Part shown: piece after piece, positions 8,882 through 19,100 of the stretch
How positions within the stretch are numbered: the first letter of the stretch is position 1
Layout: each line of letters starts with the position of its first letter
NCBI GenBank assembly: GCA_030141605.1
Contig: JAQGDQ010000334.1
Location: forward strand, 62,001-126,000
Reading direction: 5' to 3'
Source of the DNA: Tubiluchus corallicola
Lineage: Eukaryota > Animalia > Priapulida
Length of the DNA: 64,000 bases
Program-made: the position numbers and the translations under genes
Notes under the pieces: generated by a model
Told to the model about the DNA's origin: nothing
The model's database searches: none
What the model saw: only the letters and a program-made list of their open reading frames with translations

Positions 8882-11506
8882 ATGAAATCCGAGCACGTTA
8901 GAAAGTCATTTTTTGATTTTTTTAAGTCAAAACAGCATCAAATTACCCACTCTGCACCGATGGTTATCAAGGATGATCCTACGCTAATGTTCACAAATGC
9001 GGGGATGAATCAGTTTAAAGATATTTTTCTTGGAAACTTTCCTGCCAAATATACGCGCGTTGCCAATACACAGAAGTGCCTACGGGTTTCCGGCAAGCAC
9101 AATGACTTAGAGGAGGTAGGGCATGACACTTATCACCACACGATGTTTGAGATGCTGGGGAACTGGTCATTTGGGGACTATTTTAAGAAAGAGGCGATTG
9201 ACTGGGCGTGGGAGCTCCTTGTAAATGTTTTAAAGATACCTAAAGATAAGCTTTACGCCACAGTTTTTGAAGGGGATGAGATAGATGGCACACGGATGGA
9301 TGAGGAAGCATTCGAATACTGGAAGCAATATCTTCCGGAAAAGAGAATACTTAAAGGTAACAAGAAAGATAATTTTTGGGAGATGGGAGATACCGGCCCG
9401 TGTGGTCCGTGCTCTGAAGTGCATATTGATATAAGAGACGATGCGGAACGCGCCAAGAAATATGGCAGCCTACTTGTAAACAAAGATCATCCCGAGGTTA
9501 TAGAAATATGGAACCTTGTTTTTATCCAGTTCGATAGGAATGCCAGCGGTAAGCTGGTAGAGCTGCCAGCCAAACACGTTGATACTGGTATGGGGTTTGA
9601 GCGTCTTTGCATGGTGCTACAGGGGAAGCGGTCTAATTATGATACTGATATATTCCAACCTATTATACGCAAGATAGCCGATTTATCTGGTAAAACTTAC
9701 GGGGATGAGAAAAAGGCTGACACAGCTATGCGCGTTGTTGCAGACCACTTAAGAGCTATAGCGTTTGCAATTGCTGACGGACAGCTACCATCCAACAATA
9801 AAGCAGGATATGTGATAAGGCGTATTCTCCGTCGCGCCGTTAGGTACGGATATACATTTTTGGGATTTAGAGACCCATTTATCCACAGTTTTATTCCGAC
9901 TTTAATTGAAAGTATGGGGGAAGCCTTCCCGGAATTAGGGAAGCAACAGGAGCTGATAGAAAAAGTTATAAAAGAGGAGGAAAGCCTGTTTCTTTCCACG
10001 ATAGAGAGTGGTAGTCGTATGCTCGACTCCATCATAGAGGATACACTTGAGAAAGATTGCAAAGTTGTGAGTGGTAGTGTCGCTTTTGAGCTATACGACA
10101 CTTTTGGGTTTCCCCTGGACCTCACAGAGCTGGTCCTTAAGGAGAGAAGTCTCGCTGTGAATATAAAGGAGTTTAATGAAACAATGGAAGCCCAGAAGGC
10201 CCGCTCCAGAAATGCGACACAGCAGGAGGCTGGAGACTGGATAATTCTGTCACACAATGATAGGGAAGATTTTACAGGTTATGACCATCTTGATGCACAT
10301 GTTAAGATAATCAGATACAGAAAGGTAAAGTCCAAAAACCGGGAGTATTACCAGTTAGTGCTCAGTCCTACCCCTTTCTATGGCGAGTCCGGGGGACAGG
10401 TCGGAGATACAGGTCATATCGAAGCAAATGGGGAAAAAATAAAAATTACTGACACAAAGAAGGAAAACAACCTTACTGTTCATTACACCAATGAGTTGCC
10501 GGGGGATCCTGCAGCAACGTTTGTTGTACATGTTGATAAAAAGAGAAGACAAGCAACAGCTAATAACCACTCTGCTACTCATCTTTTGGGGTATGCACTA
10601 AGAGCAGTATTGGGAGAGCACATAGAGCAAAAAGGGTCTTTGGTTACTCCTGATTATTTAAGGTTTGATTTTTCCCACTACCAGAAGCTGACACAGGAGG
10701 AGCTTGACAAAGTACAACATAAGGTAAATCGCCTGATAAGAGAGAATATAAAACGAGAAGAGTTTAGGGATATACCTTCAGAACAAGCTAAAGATATGGG
10801 GGCAGTAGCTCTTTTTGGAGAGAAATACGGTGACCTTGTTCGTGTAATCAAATTTGGTAGTGCCGTGGAGTTGTGCGCCGGGACACATGTCGAAGCTACC
10901 GGGAATATAGGGCAGTTTCTTATTACTACGGAAGGCTCTATATCAGCCGGAATAAGGCGCATCGAAGCTATCACGGCAGAAAAGGCTGAGAAGCTTGCTG
11001 CACAAAGCATGAAAGAGCTTAGAGAAACTTCCGCACTATTGAGCAACCCAGATAGTGTTAAAAACAGCGTAAGCGAATTATTAAGCAAGGTTCATAGACT
11101 CACTAAAGAGGTAGACCTTTTTGAGAAACAGAGTGCTATCACAATAAAGAATGAGCTATTAAAAGAGGTTGAGGTGGTTAAAAAAATCAACTTCATTGCA
11201 AAAAAATTACAAGTAAAAAATTCGGGAGTGATTAAAGATATAGCTTTTCAACTGAAGGGGGAAGTAGAGAACCTGTTTCTGTTGTTAGGTGCAGAGATTG
11301 ACGGGAAGGCCAATATACAAGTTATGATTTCAGATAGTCTTGTAAAAGATAAAAATATGGATGCGAGCAAGCTGATACAAGATATGGCTAAAGAGATTAA
11401 AGGAGGAGGAGGAGGTCAAGCGTTTTATGCTACCGCCGGAGGGAGAGAGCCAGACGGAATAAGAGTAGCAATTCAAAAAGCCAGAGAGATTGTTGAGCAA
11501 GCCTGA
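8882..11506 (+). CDS. alaS: Alanine--tRNA ligase
   Basis: [37 protein letters not shown], editing-domain HSATH and ELCAGTH, and C-terminal GGGGG. Confidence 0.98.
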   Translation: MKSEHVRKSFFDFFKSKQHQITHSAPMVIKDDPTLMFTNAGMNQFKDIFLGNFPAKYTRVANTQKCLRVSGKHNDLEEVGHDTYHHTMFEMLGNWSFGDYFKKEAIDWAWELLVNVLKIPKDKLYATVFEGDEIDGTRMDEEAFEYWKQYLPEKRILKGNKKDNFWEMGDTGPCGPCSEVHIDIRDDAERAKKYGSLLVNKDHPEVIEIWNLVFIQFDRNASGKLVELPAKHVDTGMGFERLCMVLQGKRSNYDTDIFQPIIRKIADLSGKTYGDEKKADTAMRVVADHLRAIAFAIADGQLPSNNKAGYVIRRILRRAVRYGYTFLGFRDPFIHSFIPTLIESMGEAFPELGKQQELIEKVIKEEESLFLSTIESGSRMLDSIIEDTLEKDCKVVSGSVAFELYDTFGFPLDLTELVLKERSLAVNIKEFNETMEAQKARSRNATQQEAGDWIILSHNDREDFTGYDHLDAHVKIIRYRKVKSKNREYYQLVLSPTPFYGESGGQVGDTGHIEANGEKIKITDTKKENNLTVHYTNELPGDPAATFVVHVDKKRRQATANNHSATHLLGYALRAVLGEHIEQKGSLVTPDYLRFDFSHYQKLTQEELDKVQHKVNRLIRENIKREEFRDIPSEQAKDMGAVALFGEKYGDLVRVIKFGSAVELCAGTHVEATGNIGQFLITTEGSISAGIRRIEAITAEKAEKLAAQSMKELRETSALLSNPDSVKNSVSELLSKVHRLTKEVDLFEKQSAITIKNELLKEVEVVKKINFIAKKLQVKNSGVIKDIAFQLKGEVENLFLLLGAEIDGKANIQVMISDSLVKDKNMDASKLIQDMAKEIKGGGGGQAFYATAGGREPDGIRVAIQKAREIVEQA

Positions 11507-11605
11507 CAGGTTAAAATACAATACCTGTGTTTCTCAGGACAGTAGTATTTCCAAAAGGTTAAAGCCAATATTATGTAAAATACAGAAAGAGGTATTAGTT
11601 TTTGT

Positions 11606-14600
11606 ATGAAGAGAGTTATTAGTCTATTTTTTTCAATGTCCTCCGGTGGATTTTTGCTTCTGCTTTTTGCCTTTGCCATTGCTTTTGCAACGTTTATTGA
11701 GAGTTCACACGGAAGCAATGCAGCCCACGCTGTAGTGTATAATCACTGGTGGTTTGAGCTTCTTTTCATTGCCCTAGGTGCCAACCTTATTGTCAATATT
11801 GTACGCTTCAAGTTATATAAAAAAGGGAAATGGACACTAGGGTTGTTTCATTTTTCTTTTATTCTGATAGCTGCAGGTGCAGGAGTTACCCGCTATTTAG
11901 GGAGTGAAGGAGTAATGCATATACGTGAGGGTGAAAGTTCCTCTTCAATACTCTCTTCCAGTGAGTGGTTAAGACTAAGAGTTGAGGGAAGACAAGAGGC
12001 TATAGTGAGTGAGAGGAAGGTTCTCTTCTCTGCTTTCTTACCCAAGGCATATTCAAAAAAGATAAAAATAGGTGATTCCAAATACAGTGTAAAGTCAGTT
12101 AGGTATATCCCTAACGCAGTTGAGACTGCTACCTTTTCTTCGTCTGGAGAACCGATTATAGAGCTGGCTTTTGCCGGGGAAGGTGGCATGCAAAGCTTGA
12201 TCTTAAAATCGGGGGAATACATCTCCAGAGAAGATATTACAGTTGGGTTTAACAGAGATGCGACAGTACGCTTTAACAGTAGTGAGATGGGGCTGCATAT
12301 GGTTTCACTCCTGCCTGTTACGCAAGTGGCAATGGGACATCATCAGTCCGATGCAATCTTTTTTGATAGTGGGGAAAAGATAGAAGTAAAAGGCAGACAG
12401 ATTTATAGTATTGCAGGTGTTAGGATGGTCACTACTCAATATATTCCATCAGGAGAGGTTGTCGCTTCTCCAGGTACAGGTGTACATACAGGAAGAGATG
12501 CAGTTGTAATGAGCATATCGGACGGGAAGAAAAAAAAGTTAGCAACCTTGTGGACATACCGAGGGCAACCAGGGAAAGAGGTAACTGTAGTCTTTGACGG
12601 AGTAACATTTAAAATGTCTGCGGGAGTAAAAAAGATAAGTCTTCCGTTTAGCCTGTTTCTCAATAAGTTTAAGCTTGACAGGTATCCCGGTTCAAACAGC
12701 CCATCCTCCTACGAAAGCGATGTGACACTTGTAGATAAAGATATGGGTATAGAGAAGAAGCACAGAATATATATGAATCATATCTTGAAATACAGAGGGT
12801 ATCGTTTCTATCAATCTTCTTACGATACCGATGAAAAAGGCACCATTTTATCAGTTAGCAATGACTACTTTGGAACACTGCTTACCTATATCGGGTATAT
12901 GCTTTTATTTGCAGGTATATTGTTGTCTATTTTTAATCCTAAAAGTCGCTTTGCAGGTTTAGTTAAAAAAACATCAAGCACAGTTGCGGGAGTTTTTATG
13001 ATATTGTTGTTGAGTGGCACAGCAAAAGCAGCAAATGGAAGCAACACCGAACTCAGGAAAGCATCACGGGAGATATCGCCTTTATGGGTTCAGGGGCATG
13101 ATGGGCGGCTCAAACCATTTACAACTTTTGCATATGAAGTAGTTATGAAAGTTTCCCGTCGCAGTAAGATAAACAGGGAAAGGCCGGAGGAGGTTGTGCT
13201 GGGAATGGTAACAAACCCCTCCAAATGGAAGAATATTCCAATGATAGCTGTTTCTAATACTGAGATAACAGATATGTTGGGGATAGAGGGTAAGACCGCT
13301 TCATACCTTGATTTTTTCGATCAAAATGGGAATTACAAGATTGGGAGGCAAGTGCAGAGTGCTTTTTCCAAAGAGCCATCCCGCCGTAACAAGCTGGAAA
13401 ACTACCTTATAAAAGTTGACGAGAGACTGAATATTTGCCTGCTGGTGTACAAGAAAGATATGTTCCGAATCTTTCCATCCCCTGTAGAAGGGGAGCAGAT
13501 ATGGTACTCTCCTGTCTCACATCTTCCTGAGATGAGATCTGATGATAGTGTCTTTATTCGTAACAGCTTTGATAGTTACCTTACATTTGTTTATAACGGG
13601 AAAGCAAAGGAGGCGTCAGAAATATTATCAGCTATCACCAAGTATCAACAAATGCATGGTGGTGGAATTACTCCCACATCATTCAAAGGGAAAGTAGAAA
13701 TATTATACAATCATATAAGTGTCTTTAAGCGGCTTTTAAAGTGGTATTTAATGTGGGGAGTGTCTGCACTCGTGCTGTTTTTATATGTTGTGTTAAGCGG
13801 GAAAACAGTACGCCCCTTCTGGGGCAACGTCATCAGAGGACATTTATGGGGAGGGTTCGTGTTTCATACAGTAGGGCTCATCGCTCGAGGATATATATCT
13901 AACCATATGCCCTGGAGCAACGGGTATGAGTCTATGATATACGTGGCGTGGACAGGAGTGTTTGCAGGGTTGGTAATAACGAAGAGAAATATAATGGTGC
14001 TAAGCGCAGCATCCATTCTTTCCGGATTAACACTATTCGTTGCTCATATGAGCTGGGTAAACCCTGAGATAACCAATTTGGTACCGGTATTGAAGTCATA
14101 CTGGTTAATATTTCACGTGGCAATAATTACGGCCAGCTATGGGTTTATCGGTTTGTGCGCATTCATTGGAATATTTAATATTACTCTTATGGGGTTACAA
14201 ACAGGAAAAAATAGGGATAGAATAAGAGAGAATATTACCCGGATGACAAATATTTCAGAGGCCTCAATGATTATAGGGCTATACTTTCTTATAGCGGGAA
14301 CCTTCCTCGGAGCGATATGGGCCAATGAGTCGTGGGGACGATATTGGGGGTGGGACCCCAAGGAGGCGTGGTCACTTGTTACAATACTAGTGTATGTGTT
14401 TATTACACATATGCGATTGATACCCGGATTTAAGGATCAGTACTCCTTTAATGTAGCAGCGATTTTTGGACTATTGTCAGTTTTAATGACATATTTCGGG
14501 GTAAACTATTATTTATCAGGGTTGCATTCGTATGGGGGAGGAGCCATACTGCCTATTCCATATATCATTTTAGTCGTGTTTGCACTGTTTGGAGCTTTAG

Positions 14601-14677
14601 CCTGGTGGGCATGGGAAAAGGAGCGAAACCTTTGCAAGGCAAAAGATTCTGGTTCAAATCGAGTGAAAATTCGATAA
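11606..14677 (+). CDS. ccsA: Cytochrome c biogenesis system II protein, fused CcsB(ResB)-CcsA
   Basis: N-terminal TMs with FHFSF, periplasmic ResB-like region (YPGSNSPSSYES, YRFYQSSYD), HMPWSNGYES, WWD motif WANESWGRYWGWDPKEAW and GLHSYG. Confidence 0.93.
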   Translation: MKRVISLFFSMSSGGFLLLLFAFAIAFATFIESSHGSNAAHAVVYNHWWFELLFIALGANLIVNIVRFKLYKKGKWTLGLFHFSFILIAAGAGVTRYLGSEGVMHIREGESSSSILSSSEWLRLRVEGRQEAIVSERKVLFSAFLPKAYSKKIKIGDSKYSVKSVRYIPNAVETATFSSSGEPIIELAFAGEGGMQSLILKSGEYISREDITVGFNRDATVRFNSSEMGLHMVSLLPVTQVAMGHHQSDAIFFDSGEKIEVKGRQIYSIAGVRMVTTQYIPSGEVVASPGTGVHTGRDAVVMSISDGKKKKLATLWTYRGQPGKEVTVVFDGVTFKMSAGVKKISLPFSLFLNKFKLDRYPGSNSPSSYESDVTLVDKDMGIEKKHRIYMNHILKYRGYRFYQSSYDTDEKGTILSVSNDYFGTLLTYIGYMLLFAGILLSIFNPKSRFAGLVKKTSSTVAGVFMILLLSGTAKAANGSNTELRKASREISPLWVQGHDGRLKPFTTFAYEVVMKVSRRSKINRERPEEVVLGMVTNPSKWKNIPMIAVSNTEITDMLGIEGKTASYLDFFDQNGNYKIGRQVQSAFSKEPSRRNKLENYLIKVDERLNICLLVYKKDMFRIFPSPVEGEQIWYSPVSHLPEMRSDDSVFIRNSFDSYLTFVYNGKAKEASEILSAITKYQQMHGGGITPTSFKGKVEILYNHISVFKRLLKWYLMWGVSALVLFLYVVLSGKTVRPFWGNVIRGHLWGGFVFHTVGLIARGYISNHMPWSNGYESMIYVAWTGVFAGLVITKRNIMVLSAASILSGLTLFVAHMSWVNPEITNLVPVLKSYWLIFHVAIITASYGFIGLCAFIGIFNITLMGLQTGKNRDRIRENITRMTNISEASMIIGLYFLIAGTFLGAIWANESWGRYWGWDPKEAWSLVTILVYVFITHMRLIPGFKDQYSFNVAAIFGLLSVLMTYFGVNYYLSGLHSYGGGAILPIPYIILVVFALFGALAWWAWEKERNLCKAKDSGSNRVKIR

Positions 14678-14693
14678 GCTAAAGGGTACTACA

Positions 14694-15465
14694 TTACTTA
14701 AATAGTTTCTTCAGTTCACCACCAAGTTTCTTTACAGCATTTTCCAGCTCTTTTGTTGCCTGTTTTTTCAACTCAGATTTAACCAGGTTTGTAGCTTCCG
14801 TTAAGTCGGGTGTTACCTTAGGAGCAGAGAAGTTTCCCTTTATATTTACAGTAATGGGGATCTCAGTGATGTTTTCCGAACCAGGAATAAATCCTATCAT
14901 TTTTACTATATCATTACCCAGGTCATCTTTATTAACCAGAAAGTCTATTTTATAGTTAAGGTCACTACTGGCCGTTTGGCGTCCTGATATAGTGGCCTGC
15001 TGCCCGGCAATATTTGTCTTAAATGGTGATATATCCAGGGCTCCATCTACAATATTAAAATTTGTTGTAAAGTCAGATATGTTCACCCTGTTAAACTTAC
15101 CCTTTTTGAAAAACGTTCCAACCTGAGTAAACACTCCGCTACCTTTAAGCTCTACTCCTTTGCAGGAAAAGTTACCGGAGCCATTAAAACTTTCAATAAC
15201 GGGAGAGTAGTCACTATTTAGCTTCCCCTTAATTTTCAATCCTGAAGCGAAGCTGCCTGTGCTGTTTTCTGACATAGGAACAAATGCTCTCATCACTGGA
15301 ACGGCTTTGAATGTTTCAGGTACATCAAAGTTCTTTATTGCCAATTTGAAATCAAATAAAGGCACTTTCTTGTTTTCCACCATATATTCTCCATCTGCCA
15401 CAACCTCCCCTTTAAGCATCTCCATCCTTAGCCCATCAAGGATCATTTTCCCATTTTCAATTGTA
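14694..15465 (-). CDS. AsmA-like family protein, C-terminal fragment, truncated at the bacterial/animal junction
   Basis: Beta-rich sequence (FNIVDGALDISPF, TISGRQT, IPITVNIKGNFSAPKVTPD) and a C-terminal helix ending LKKLFK. The frame continues upstream as ...TIENGK-MILDGL, then enters AT-rich non-bacterial-looking sequence with a stop at 15498-15500. Confidence 0.75.
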
Positions 15466-15480
15466 AATAATTTGTGTAAA
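15455..15480. other. Junction between Bacteroidota DNA and animal genomic DNA
   Basis: Dense intron-free bacterial ORFs lie to the left; spliced genes, SINE/LINE remnants and microsatellites lie to the right. The AsmA gene is cut mid-frame and there are no Ns. Confidence 0.85.
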
Positions 15481-16163
15481 TAAATAAGTTTTATAGACTA
15501 TTTTTTCTAGTATCACAGTAGTTATGATTTGTGCTAAAATAGCTGCAGTAATAAGAATTGGGTATTGATATCAGCCATATATTTTGACTGTTGCAGTGGT
15601 ATCGTTTGAGGTTTCCATGTCTAAGATGCACCTGTGCTGCTCTGTGGAACTTATAACTTCATCATCTTCACAAGTTACGTTTTGGTCCTGCATATAAAGC
15701 ATATTTTCAGCAATTAAATATATACTAACACTTTATGAAAGCTACAACTATGTACAGTGGCTTAAAGCGAAAACCAAGTCTAGAAAGTTTCAGCTTAAAA
15801 TTGTAATAAATGCCTCTTGTAATTAGTAAAATCAATTTAAAGTTGTGATCACTTCAAGCTTGGACATTGAATAAAAAAATGGTGTTATCCAGCTACCATA
15901 CACTTATCCTGCCATTGAATAAACTTCTTTTGCAGCTGCAGTTACTATTTTCAACTACAAACAATCCGAAATGTTAAACAAGAGATTATTAATGCTATTT
16001 TTTATTTTTGATGAATCTTGTTATCCCTATATAATGAATACCAATTACTGACGATAACACAATAATCTCGTCTCCAACTCGGGCAGTTAACATCGGCAAA
16101 GTAACAGAATAATTATGTTAACAAGCTAAAACTGAACTATAAACTAAGTAACTCACGTGGCAT

Positions 16164-19100
16164 CTAAGTGAGCTGCAGATCATTTTTTTCAAATATGCCT
16201 GCAGAGAGGTTTGTTCAAAATTTTGTTTTGTTCAAGGATTGGTTTTTCATTTAAGCTTGCTTAATAGCATCAGCAACAGAATACAAAGCAACAATTTAAT
16301 ACATCCCAAGCAGGCACTTCACATAGCATTACAACATAAGGTCAAGAAAAGAGCACTCAGCTGTGCAATTAAGTGCACGCTTAAAGATGTGAAAATGTTT
16401 ACAAATGTTTAAAATCGGTGCCAAACAATTACACTCTGTTTTATCACTCTTTAAAATTACTGCCCAAAGTCCCAAATGGTAAACAAATTTTTATGATGCT
16501 CCCAGACAGACAGCATCTGGCTTCTTCAGTTTGCTTAATCAGTCGGCTTACCTTTAATAACCCCATTAAAAATCTGCATTGGTAGCTGACTGGAGACAAC
16601 TATCAATCGTAGATTTTCCTCTGACCAGTAAGCAACAGAACGCAATACGGTTGGGTAAGTTATTCCATGATTAATTTGCCAGCCAGCTGCATGTTGATAT
16701 TCGATAAGAACCAGTCGCTTTTCGTGAGGCGATGATGCAAGCAGGTAAATTTGGGCTGAAAATAGAAATACTAATCACTTCTAGACAATTACACATTCTA
16801 ACCAATGATGCACCGAATTACTTCTACACCCTGTGGTGCTGTCAAGTGTTAACCAGTCAAAAGTGGTATGAGCAGTTATGTCATGACTACTATAACTATG
16901 TTATATATAGAATTTTTTTTAATAGTGGACAAAGTAATTAGTAGTCTTGTATCATTTGATTATGTATGTGGAGTTGACTACATACTACGATAACCCCATA
17001 ACAGAACTAAAATGCAAAATTAATCTCCTCTGGATTGTTGCAACGACAATGCAATATATTATCAACAAAACTGCAATTTTTTTTGCTATGTCAATATAAT
17101 ATGACAAGCCACTAAGCAAATAAAAACTACAAACCTCCAATAGTGAATGACTCAACATGCTGTACTCCAATAACAGGTATGCTACCACTCTCTACTATGA
17201 TGCCATCATTGTTCTCTACCCTCCACAAGAGAGATGACGACGGTGTATAAAGAACATTCCAGAAATAAATTTGAGGTTGACTTCTCTTTTCATTAGCAAA
17301 AATGGCATGTAAGCGATCATTAATGACTAACAATTGTACATCACTGCATGTTTCCGTGGGTACAGGTACACCAATCACAAACTGAAACAATAACTGTTAG
17401 TACAGTGTACTTACATCAAACAAAGTTTTTAGAAATGTGAAGTGTCTTTGCATTGCACAAGTACCACAACTGCATTTTTAGTCAAAGTGTATTCTATTTT
17501 ATTTAAATATATGTTAGCTCATTTAAGTACTTAACGTATTGGCATTCTTCACAATAGTGTGAAAACAATTAATTGAGCAAGAATTCCATTTGACTTTCCT
17601 TGAAAAGTTATCACTTTTCTTACCAACATTTCTTTTGTAAACACAATGGTGCACTGGTGCAAGACAGTCCATTTCTCTATGAGCCATGTACCATGCCACA
17701 AAATACATGCAAGAATCAGTAAGTTACTTCCTTACAAGCATCTCATAAAGCAGAAATATCTATCATATGATAATGGCAAGTTGCCCAAAGTATATTTTGA
17801 CTATAATTATCATGGGCACAATTTTGCATTTTGACAATGCAAAATCTGAATTATTATTTCATTGTTTTACTTACTGTGCTTGCAGAAACGTCATAGCGAT
17901 AGATGACGGAATTTACTGTGTATGTATTTTGTGCAGAATCAAATTGATTAGCGATGGCCAACCATGAATCCCTGGATGTAGCTGCAAATGACAGAGCAAT
18001 GGCACCATGGGTCTGGATTCTCTGAAACTCTCTCACTTCACCAGTATCCATGTCAATTGAGAACACCAAACTGTTTAAATTGGTGGTGTTTTCTAGAAAA
18101 GTAAATACAGAAATACGTAGTTGTTATTAATTCAACACCAGTTTCTTAGATTTGAGAAATTTTAACTGCTTCATAATCACTATGTACAAACACACATAGC
18201 TATCAAGAATGAGAAGACTTCACACAGTATGACTTACCTTTCTTGCTGAAGTATACAGACAATGCTAGATACCAAGTTTCGTTTATCTGAAATACTGTTG
18301 CATCAGTTACATAATCTAAAGTAATATTTTCGTTGTTCACTGTATTTCCATTAGTAAATTCAACAATTACATCAGTTCCTTTTGTATCTTCTACTGAATC
18401 TGATAGGCACCACGGTGCTGACGATATTGGATATGCTACAACAGTCACTTTAAAACCAGTGTTCGATTCGTCAAACACAAAACGTCTACCAGGTAGTGTA
18501 GTCCTAGACTCTCCGAACAAGCCATTTTGGTCTAATTCTACCATTACAGTTTCATACGCTTTGCATGGCTCATACAGGAATGGACTGTATTGCACCAGTG
18601 CATCATTGTGTTTCCATAAAACAGCTTGTGTAGGATTGTGCTGCTTATTAACTGTGGCAAACCCGTACATGTCACTATCGAGTTTTTGAATGTACTCAAA
18701 GTAGGACAGGTAACTATCAACCAAACCTGAAACGATACCATTTAAAAATGAAAAAAGTTCAGCTTGATACAAGTGCTCAAGTAATTTATAATTCTTTACA
18801 CCCTGTTATCATAATTCATAATTCTATAAAAAACAAGCATTGGTAAGAAAAGCAATCATTTTTCAAGGAATGAATTCTTGCTCAAATAATTGTTTTCACA
18901 TATTATGAAAAGTGCCAATACAATAAGTATTTACATAATTACAGAGGAACAGCTAAGACGGTGTTGCAATGTGAAATTTGGTTGTGATACAAGTAAGGTT
19001 TTTATTTTTCTTGATTTCTTTCAATTATTTTGGCTTCAGTATTTTAAGTGGATACTAATAATAAACATAAAAATATGGAAGGTAAAATTTTTTATTATAC

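Noticed and set aside
1-15465. Novel defence, secretion or biosynthetic system in the bacterial part; rRNA or tRNA genes
   Set aside because: All long ORFs are recognisable housekeeping or conserved genes. I saw no cas, RT, toxin-antitoxin, integrase, rRNA or tRNA signatures.
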